A stretch of DNA of 27,325 nucleotides from an uncultured Leptospirales bacterium (lineage in GTDB: Bacteria > Spirochaetota > UBA4802 > UBA5368), in assembly GCA_964510075.1 (NCBI GenBank), contig CAZEAH010000001.1, positions 1 to 27,325 on the forward strand, read 5' to 3'. The notes beneath the pieces were generated by a model. That model saw nothing but the letters and a program-made list of their open reading frames with translations, did no database searches and was not told the DNA's origin. This document shows positions 1 to 6,786 of the stretch, one piece after another. How positions within the stretch are numbered: position 1 is the stretch's first letter; every line of letters starts with the position of its first letter. A program made the translations under genes and the position numbers.

Positions 1-154
1 AAATATAATAATTCAGAAACATCCGCAACTGTAGAGTCGTTTTTATTCTGAATTATGCGCAATATATGCCCCTGGCGACCGGCCGGACGGAACGTGCCGC
101 GATACGGGGCCGACGGAAAGAGATACCGGAAACGGGGAGTGCGCGGCGGGAGTC

Positions 155-958
155 TCAGAAATGCCTGCGAAAGAAACGCTCGATGCCCTGCCAGATTTTT
201 CTGCGCAGGTCGAGCATGCGCACGCTGTTGACGGAAAGGTCGTCGTGGCGGAAGTAGCGGTCGTTGATGAACAGGGCGCGCGACACGGAAAGCCGAAGGA
301 GCGGGACCTTCCCGCGGCCGTGGCGCAGCATGATGTGGCTTTCGAACAATGGAGAGTTGAGAGCGAACGGCTCGCCGACGGTCCACTCCTCGCTTCCGAG
401 CGATTTCCGCATGGATTCGAGCAGGCCGCGCGCCGTCTCGTCGGGGCAGGTCTTCACCGGCGATCCCCGGTCCATCACCACGTTGTTAACGGTTACCAGA
501 GGCCTCGGCCTTCCCGGGTCCGCGGCGTTTTTGGGGCCCACCGCCATCATCGTGTGGCAGTCGAGGACCAGCCGTATCCGGCCGGTCTCCAGGATCTTTT
601 CGACCGCGCCGTGAAAACCGTGGTAGTAGCGCAAGAGCAGGTTGTTTATCGCGATCTCGTCGGGAAAGACCCCGGGGGGGTAGATGGGAACGCCCGCGCT
701 CGTGCTCTTCTTCACCACCCCGTCGTCGGTGCGCGGCGCGAGCATCAGGTGGTGCCGGTCCAGGTCGACGAACAGGCGGCTTATGGGCGAGTCGATGCGC
801 TCGGCGATAGTATCGCCGAAGTCGAAAAGCACGTCGGCGCAGGCGTCGGACTCGAAGAAGAGTTCGAAGTCGCCGAGTATTTCGTATCCGGCGAGCTCGT
901 CCGGAACGCTCCGCCCGGCATGCGGTACGAGGATGAGGATGGGAAGGCCCCGCTTCAT
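155..958 (-). CDS. N-formylglutamate amidohydrolase family protein (267 aa)
   Basis: Motifs ILVPHAG, SRLFVDLDR and LVLDCHTM are typical of the family. Start moved to ATG 958 (MKRGLPILILVPH); the upstream 42 codons of the ORF call look non-protein-like. Confidence 0.8.
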   Translation of the reverse strand: MKRGLPILILVPHAGRSVPDELAGYEILGDFELFFESDACADVLFDFGDTIAERIDSPISRLFVDLDRHHLMLAPRTDDGVVKKSTSAGVPIYPPGVFPDEIAINNLLLRYYHGFHGAVEKILETGRIRLVLDCHTMMAVGPKNAADPGRPRPLVTVNNVVMDRGSPVKTCPDETARGLLESMRKSLGSEEWTVGEPFALNSPLFESHIMLRHGRGKVPLLRLSVSRALFINDRYFRHDDLSVNSVRMLDLRRKIWQGIERFFRRHF

Positions 959-1110
959 GGCGTCCGGCACGCACCGGCCGGCGGCCGGAACCCCGGGGCC
1001 ATACGGGCGGGGCGGCCCGTTGCGTTGTACAGTCTTACAAGTTCGTCGTTCATGGTCGTTGCGGGAACGGCCGCCGCGCGGCAAATTTGTACGGGTACGG
1101 CAAAATACTA

Positions 1111-1139
1111 TTGACGGAGCGGAGAGTAAAGCGTTAATT
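1111..1139 (+). promoter_or_regulatory. Candidate sigma70 promoter for the Lrp/EndoIII-like operon
   Basis: TTGACG-N17-TTAATT in the only AT-rich patch of this intergenic region. Confidence 0.4.
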
Positions 1140-1298
1140 CAATTGTTTTCGCGCCCTCCGGGACGAGCGGACCGGCATCGCGCCGTTTCGGGCCGCCGGC
1201 GAGGCGTGGTGCATCCGGAAGGGCGGTTTGTTCCGCCGGGGAAAGGGAGCGGGACGGGCGCCGGACTCCGGCGCGACAAACTCAATCAGGAGATAGCG

Positions 1299-1805
1299 AT
1301 GCGAGCATACAAGACCGACGAAACCGGGGAGGCCATCCTCGAGATTCTCACCGCAAACGCCAAGGCGACCGCGGAGGACATCGCGCGCCAGCTCAACGTG
1401 ACCGAGAGCAGGGTGTCGAAATACATCAAGCAGTTCGAAAAGGACAGGATCATTCTGAGATATAAGACGCATGTAAACTGGATGAGGGTTCGCAACAACC
1501 AGGTGCGCGCGCTCATCGAGGTGAAGGTGATCCCGGAGCGCGGAGTGGGTTTCGACGCGGTCGCCGAATCCATCTACCGCTATCCCGAGGTGTCGTCGGT
1601 GTTCCTGCTGTCCGGAAGCTACGACCTTCTGGTGCAGGTGGAGGGGCCGACGCTCCAGCAGGTTTCACTCTTTGTGTCGGAGAAACTCGCGACGATCAAG
1701 AACGTACAGTCCACCGTCACCCACTTCCTGTTGAAAAAATACAAGGAGGACGGTGACGTGCTCGTCGACCAGCCCGAGTCCAAGCGTCTGCCTATGAGCT
1801 TCTAA
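1299..1805 (+). CDS. Lrp/AsnC family transcriptional regulator (168 aa)
   Basis: N-terminal HTH (ILEILTANAKATAEDIARQLNVTESRV), C-terminal effector domain (VFLLSGSYDLLVQV...TVTHFLLKKYK). CAGGAG SD before ATG 1299. Confidence 0.92.
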   Translation: MRAYKTDETGEAILEILTANAKATAEDIARQLNVTESRVSKYIKQFEKDRIILRYKTHVNWMRVRNNQVRALIEVKVIPERGVGFDAVAESIYRYPEVSSVFLLSGSYDLLVQVEGPTLQQVSLFVSEKLATIKNVQSTVTHFLLKKYKEDGDVLVDQPESKRLPMSF

Positions 1806-1808
1806 GCC

Positions 1809-2468
1809 GTGACGTCTCTTTCGGCTGTTTACCGCGCGCTGTTGGCGCGTTACGGTCCCCAGCACTGGTGGCCGGGCGAAACCGATTTCGAGATCGCGAT
1901 CGGCGCAATCCTCACGCAGAACGTTGCGTGGACCAATGTCGAGAAGGCCATTTGCAGGCTGAAGGAGGAAAAACTTCTCTCTCCGAAGGCCCTGCACGGC
2001 GAACCGGTCGATAGAGTGGCCCGGTTAATACGTCCCGCAGGGTACTACAACCAGAAGGCGAAAAAGCTCAAAAACTTCCTGGACTGGTTTTCCTCGTACG
2101 GCTATTCTTTTCCGCGACTGCGGGAGCTCGATGCCGGCCGACTGAGGGAGGAGCTCCTCGGGATAAACGGCGTCGGGCCGGAGACGGCCGATTCGATTCT
2201 GCTATACGCACTCGAAAAAAGGATTTTCGTGGTGGACGCCTATACGAAAAGGATTTTCGGCCGGCTCGGCATCCTCGAGGGAACCGAGGGATACGATGAG
2301 ATCCAGCGCCTTTTCCACCGCCGCTTTGCCGCCGGCGTCCGTGAATACAACGAATACCATGCCCTCATCGTGAATCACGGCAAATACGTATGCAGGAAGA
2401 AGCCGCTGTGCGCCGAATGCTGTCTTGCGCGGCTTTGCGCTTTTAAAGGATCCGGCCGGGCTATTTGA
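1809..2468 (+). CDS. Endonuclease III-related HhH-GPD DNA glycosylase with 4Fe-4S cluster (219 aa)
   Basis: WWPGET...GAILTQNVAW, HhH LLGINGVGPETAD, FVVDAY, C-terminal C-x6-C-x2-C-x5-C (CRKKPLCAECCLARLC). Confidence 0.9.
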   Translation: MTSLSAVYRALLARYGPQHWWPGETDFEIAIGAILTQNVAWTNVEKAICRLKEEKLLSPKALHGEPVDRVARLIRPAGYYNQKAKKLKNFLDWFSSYGYSFPRLRELDAGRLREELLGINGVGPETADSILLYALEKRIFVVDAYTKRIFGRLGILEGTEGYDEIQRLFHRRFAAGVREYNEYHALIVNHGKYVCRKKPLCAECCLARLCAFKGSGRAI

Positions 2469-3192
2469 CGCGGATGAGCGAGCAGACCTCGCCGGTGTCG
2501 CTCGAGGCGGTCTCCGTGTTGTAGATGTCGAGCGACCACTCCCCGTCGACCACATAGCAGTAGCGGAAGGCTCCCGGATGGAGTTTTTTTCGCAGTCTCC
2601 AGATGCCGTCGCGGCCGCGCGAAAGGGGATCGTTCTCGGGGTTCCAGTTGTTGAAATCGCCGACTATGGAGACCATGCGCGCCTTCGGGCGGTGCAGCCG
2701 GAATTCGACCGTGCGGGCGTCGAGTGAACGATAGGTTACCTGCGGCCCCTCGAAGTCGTTGAAGGCCGGGAGGATCGAGACATACGAGCCCATGCCGTCA
2801 TCGTCGCTTGCGGGATTGCGCGGATCGTGGATCCAGACGCCGTCTACGATGAACTTGTAGCGCGGCTGTCCGCCTTCGAGTCCGCGGGTCAGGAAATGGT
2901 ACCATACGCCGTTCGCGCCCCGTTCCATCGCCAGCGGTTTCCAGTGAGAGAAGTCTCCGGCGAGAAGCACGCGCTTCGCCGCGCGGCTTTTATATGTTAC
3001 AAGGATCCCCCTCTCCACAACCTGTTTCTGCCGTTCCCTGTCATAGCGAATAAGTTTCATCTCGGCAGGCATTCGCGCTTCCCGGAGAAAACGCAGATCG
3101 TAGTAGTTGTCCTCCTTGGGTGCGGCGCCCTCCATGGGGCCGAAGGCGGTGAGCAGTACCGGCAGGAGCGCGAAGATGGTGCGGAATCCCAT
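2461..3192 (-). CDS. Exported protein with two CBM48/AMPK-beta-type glycogen-binding (early-set) domains (243 aa)
   Basis: Two modules (VLLAGDFSHW...RYKFIVDGVWIHDP and VSIVGDFNNW...RYCYVVDGEW). Hydrophobic N-terminus MGFRTIFALLPVLLTAF from ATG 3192. Confidence 0.85.
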   Translation of the reverse strand: MGFRTIFALLPVLLTAFGPMEGAAPKEDNYYDLRFLREARMPAEMKLIRYDRERQKQVVERGILVTYKSRAAKRVLLAGDFSHWKPLAMERGANGVWYHFLTRGLEGGQPRYKFIVDGVWIHDPRNPASDDDGMGSYVSILPAFNDFEGPQVTYRSLDARTVEFRLHRPKARMVSIVGDFNNWNPENDPLSRGRDGIWRLRKKLHPGAFRYCYVVDGEWSLDIYNTETASSDTGEVCSLIRVK

Positions 3193-3469
3193 GCTGAGGA
3201 CCTCTGTGCCAAAATGAGTTACAGCGATATAGTACTTATGTCGATAACTAAAGAGAAAATATTTATGTAAAAAAGAACCGGTGCCGGAATTACGCGCCCG
3301 GCGGCGAACGAAAGGCGCGCTTTTCTTCCGTATGACGCGCGGGCACACGAAAAGTAATTGCTTTTTATAAAACGGTGGATTGTGCTGAATTATGTCGCTT
3401 TTTGGCCGTGCGAGGCGCCGCGCCTCTCCGGCTCAGGGCGTACAATCCGCCTCGGGACTGTAAACGGTG

Positions 3470-6400
3470 ATGGGCGATAGCGAAGAAAGGACAGCATACA
3501 CGCCGGAAGAGCAGAGCGAGATCGACAGAATACTGGGCCTTCTGCCGGGCGAGTCTTCCGGCAGAGATGCCGTGGAAGAGTCGAGGCCCGCTCCGTCCCT
3601 GACGCGGACGATGGTCGAGGACGAGGATGCCTATGACCTCAGTTCGGACCTTGTCGAAATCGATGAAACCTCATCGTCGGCCGCCGATGAGATAGAGGAC
3701 ATCACCGATATCATCGAGATGGTGGAGGAGCCTTCCGCCGTCGAAGTTCCGGAATCGAGAGAGCCGTCATTCGAAGAGGCGCCCGCGGCCGAAGCCCCGC
3801 CTGAAATGGAAGTGCTGCCCGAGGAGGAGTTGCCGGCTTTCAAGGAGGAAGCCGCGCCCCCGCCTCCACGGCCCGGCAGGAAGGCGCGCACATCGCTCGA
3901 AGAACTCGACGAGCTCACCTCGATGGAACCCGAATCGGTGGATCTTCAGGATGTTTCCGACGACCGTTACGTCGACGAGGTGGAGGCCCCGCGAGCGCCC
4001 GAAATTGAAGAACCCGTCGGAGCGGAGGAATCGATCGAGCCGTTCGACATGGATCTGGGCGGCCTCGAGGAGCCTGCTCCCAGGCCGTCCGGTATGCGGG
4101 TCGAAAAAGAGACCGATATCGATATCGGCACTCTTTCGGATATATCCGTAGAGGAGATACAGGACATACCCGACGCGGGCGCCGCAGATATACCCGAATT
4201 TGATCTGGGTGAAATGGTCCCCGAGGGGGAGATGCCGCCTTCGCCTCCTCCCGCGCGCGAGGCCCCGGCCGCCGACTACATGGAAGATTTCCACGACGAA
4301 GGAATTCCGGAGCCGCTCGATATGGGGGAAAGGCCTCCTGTGTCTCGAAGGGCCGCCCCCGCGGCTGATCTCGATATCGGAATGGAGCGGGAGGAGATGA
4401 TTCCCGGCATCGGCCGAATCGAGGAGGCGGTGAGCACTGAGGAGATCCCGGATATCGAAGAGGAAGAGCCCCCGCCGGAGCCTGAGAGAAAGAAAAAAGA
4501 GCGTGCCGAGGCGAGGCCGGAGGAAGAGGACGAGCTCTCCGATCGCGACATCCGACGATTGAAAAAAGCGCTTCTTCTGTTCCACCCGGCCCTGCGAAAG
4601 GCCGTTAAAGACGCCATTCTTAACGACCTTCTGCCGCCGGCGGACTCGCGGCATCTCATCGATATGATTCTCTCGGGAAAGCCCGAGGACAACGTACACC
4701 GCTTCCTCGAGAAAAAACTCGGGCGAAGCATCGATATAAGCGAGGGACCGGCGCCGGGAAGGCGTGTGCTCACCTCGCGTCCCGAATACACGCGCGAAGG
4801 CCTCGAGCGCCAGAAGCGCCTGCTTAAGGCCACCCGCATAGGCGGTATCGCCGCGCTGGCGGCGTTTGCGGTCACCATCCTGAGCTACCAGTTCATCTAC
4901 AAGCCGATGATGGCCAAGCGGCTCATAAAGGAGGGCGTTGCGCTCATCCGCGAGCAGGGCGATCCGGTAACCAAGAAGGTGAAGGATTTCGAGAAGGCCG
5001 AGGAGCTGTTCGCCAGAGTTGACGCCGAATACGCGAAGGACTACCTCCCCGGCTACAACGCCTACGCCCGGGCCTATTTCGACAAGCGCGAGTACGAGCT
5101 CGCGCTCGGCAAGCTCGAGCGCGCGAACAAGATCGATCCGGTCGATATCGACACGCTCAATAACTTGGGCTACTTTTACTCAAGAGTGCCGGAGGGCGTG
5201 TATAACAGGATCAAGCGGGCCGACGAGAAGGACTCGAAGCTCGATAAGGCGATCAAGTACTACCGGTACGTGCTCAACCGGAAGCCCGAAAACGTGACCG
5301 CGCTTTACGGCATTGGGAACGCGTACATGTACCAGGGGCAGTACATCAAGGCCCGACAGTACTATGAGGACATCCTTAAGGTCGACAGCAAATCGGTCGT
5401 GGGCTATTCCGGTCTTCTCAACCTCTACATCGAACGCGACGTGATGCCGCGGGTGATGGCAATCCACTCGGACCTTGTCGACAAGAAGATTCTGACCGAT
5501 ATCCCGTCGCACCTGCTCGGAAAGCTCGCCGCGTATTACATCGGGAAAAAGCGCACGGAAAGCACCAATATCCGCGTTGATTTCGGCGTTCAGTCCTCGC
5601 GGTTCAAGGATCCGGCCGACAATCCGTTTCCGGCCGCCAGGGCGGTCCTGGACGCGCTCCACCGGAAAGACCCGCGCTATCCGCAACAGTACGTGCTGTA
5701 CGCCAGGCTCAGCAGGGAGGAAAAAAACCTCAAGCTGATGGAGAACTACGTTCACAAGGCGCTCAAGGAGGAGCCGAATTACTTCGCTGCGTTGCACCTG
5801 CTGGGCGAGTATCATTACGCGGTCAAGGAACCCGTTAAAGCCTTCGACGCGTTTAAGCGGGCCGTAAAGGCCAGCCTCTCCCCGCCCGACTTCACCTACG
5901 AGGATTTCTATTTCGAGACCGAAAACGTCGGCAACAGTTATTTTTACATGGGCAACGTCTTCTACTATTTCTTCGACAGGGTGAAGTACCGTTTCGGCGA
6001 CGAGCTCGAGGAGGAGCCGCTTGACGCCGAGGTCGAGCAGCAGGCGAATTATATCATCGCGCGCGAGAAGTACGAGGCGGCGCTTAAGGAAGGATTCAGG
6101 TCGCCGGAGCTCTTCTATAATATCGGCCGTATTCACTACATGAACGGCCAGTACGAGCGCGCGCTCGAAAGCTGGCTCGAGCTGTACGAGGAGTCCGTGG
6201 ACAGCCCGGAGGTCATGCTCGCGATGGGTAACGCCTTTTACCATCTCGACAATCTGGAGGCGGGAAGAGGCGAATACCTGAAGCTCATATCAATCTTCGA
6301 GCGGCGGGCGGAGTCGATAACCAAGATTTTCCCGGACCGCGCCGACCACGTGAAGGTCTTTCAGACGCTCGCCACGGCATACAACAACCTGGGCGCCGTA

Positions 6401-6601
6401 TATCAGCGCAAGAACGACGAGACCAGAAGCAACGTGAGCTACTGGAAGGCGATCGATTACGCCAAACGCATCGATCGCGAGAACGAATTCGCCCGGGTGA
6501 ACATGGCCCGCGCCTTCAAGGAACGCAGCGAGCCCATCAAACCGATCCTCGACGAAAACATCCCCTTCGCTCTGTCCGTCTACAGCAAGGACATGCGCTG
6601 A
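3470..6601 (+). CDS. flcA: FlcA-like periplasmic flagellar collar protein: acidic cytoplasmic N-region, one TM helix, TPR-rich C-region (1043 aa; GTG 3467 is an alternative start)
   Basis: About 350 aa Glu/Asp/Pro-rich region, a TM segment IGGIAALAAFAVTILSYQFIYKP, then many TPR-like repeats. The architecture matches spirochaete FlcA; orthology is inferred, not tested. Confidence 0.65.
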   Translation: MGDSEERTAYTPEEQSEIDRILGLLPGESSGRDAVEESRPAPSLTRTMVEDEDAYDLSSDLVEIDETSSSAADEIEDITDIIEMVEEPSAVEVPESREPSFEEAPAAEAPPEMEVLPEEELPAFKEEAAPPPPRPGRKARTSLEELDELTSMEPESVDLQDVSDDRYVDEVEAPRAPEIEEPVGAEESIEPFDMDLGGLEEPAPRPSGMRVEKETDIDIGTLSDISVEEIQDIPDAGAADIPEFDLGEMVPEGEMPPSPPPAREAPAADYMEDFHDEGIPEPLDMGERPPVSRRAAPAADLDIGMEREEMIPGIGRIEEAVSTEEIPDIEEEEPPPEPERKKKERAEARPEEEDELSDRDIRRLKKALLLFHPALRKAVKDAILNDLLPPADSRHLIDMILSGKPEDNVHRFLEKKLGRSIDISEGPAPGRRVLTSRPEYTREGLERQKRLLKATRIGGIAALAAFAVTILSYQFIYKPMMAKRLIKEGVALIREQGDPVTKKVKDFEKAEELFARVDAEYAKDYLPGYNAYARAYFDKREYELALGKLERANKIDPVDIDTLNNLGYFYSRVPEGVYNRIKRADEKDSKLDKAIKYYRYVLNRKPENVTALYGIGNAYMYQGQYIKARQYYEDILKVDSKSVVGYSGLLNLYIERDVMPRVMAIHSDLVDKKILTDIPSHLLGKLAAYYIGKKRTESTNIRVDFGVQSSRFKDPADNPFPAARAVLDALHRKDPRYPQQYVLYARLSREEKNLKLMENYVHKALKEEPNYFAALHLLGEYHYAVKEPVKAFDAFKRAVKASLSPPDFTYEDFYFETENVGNSYFYMGNVFYYFFDRVKYRFGDELEEEPLDAEVEQQANYIIAREKYEAALKEGFRSPELFYNIGRIHYMNGQYERALESWLELYEESVDSPEVMLAMGNAFYHLDNLEAGRGEYLKLISIFERRAESITKIFPDRADHVKVFQTLATAYNNLGAVYQRKNDETRSNVSYWKAIDYAKRIDRENEFARVNMARAFKERSEPIKPILDENIPFALSVYSKDMR

Positions 6602-6606
6602 GCCGC

Positions 6607-6637
6607 CCGAACGCCGCCAAAGCGTTACGGCGTTCGG
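6607..6637 (+). terminator. GC-rich hairpin after flcA (possible terminator without a U-tract)
   Basis: Perfect 10-bp inverted repeat CCGAACGCCG/CGGCGTTCGG, 11-nt loop, 5 nt after the stop. It is followed by A7 rather than U's, so it is non-canonical. Confidence 0.5.
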
Positions 6638-6645
6638 AAAAAAAC

Positions 6646-6673
6646 TTGTAAATCTCGCGGCCCGCCTTATTAT
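6646..6673 (+). promoter_or_regulatory. Candidate sigma70 promoter upstream of the SNF2 ATPase leader
   Basis: TTGTAA-N16-TATTAT, preceded by an A7 tract (UP-element-like). Confidence 0.55.
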
Positions 6674-6729
6674 GTCTCATCCGTCCAACGAGATATCCCG
6701 ATGACTGTTTCCCGGGTACATTCAGGCGC

Positions 6730-6751
6730 GGCTCCGGCAGGGGCCTTTTTT
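6730..6751 (+). terminator. Intrinsic terminator inside the 5' leader of the SNF2 ATPase gene
   Basis: GGCTCC-GGCA-GGGGCC stem-loop (6 bp, one G-U pair) followed directly by T6. Confidence 0.6.
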
Positions 6752-6786
6752 ACGGCCGCGCCCGTACGCCGGGCGTGGAAAAAGAA

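Noticed and set aside
23-32. CCGCAACTGT, resembling part of a cobalamin riboswitch
   Set aside because: The flanking core elements are absent, the context is AT-rich, and no downstream gene lies on that strand.
48-57. CTGAATTATG shared with 3385-3394 (upstream of flcA)
   Set aside because: Only two copies of a 10-mer in AT-rich intergenic DNA; may simply be -10-like sequence.
1025-1040. HutC operator interpretation of the palindrome
   Set aside because: The HutC site is TGTA-N2-TACA; the spacing here differs and no hutC is present.
161-1114. 317-aa plus-strand ORF
   Set aside because: Antisense shadow of the amidohydrolase, with no recognisable motifs; typical of high-GC DNA.
1214-1222. 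TCCGGAAGG, resembling the SRP RNA loop
   Set aside because: The flanking CAGG and AGCAG elements and the long SRP stem are missing.
684-1298. 205-aa N-terminal extension of the Lrp ORF
   Set aside because: Overlaps the opposite-strand gene and is not protein-like; there is a clear SD and ATG at 1299.
6672-6704. uORF MSHPSNEISR as a leader peptide
   Set aside because: Its ATG overlaps the predicted -10 box, so it would not be on the transcript; it has no SD and no regulatory codon run.
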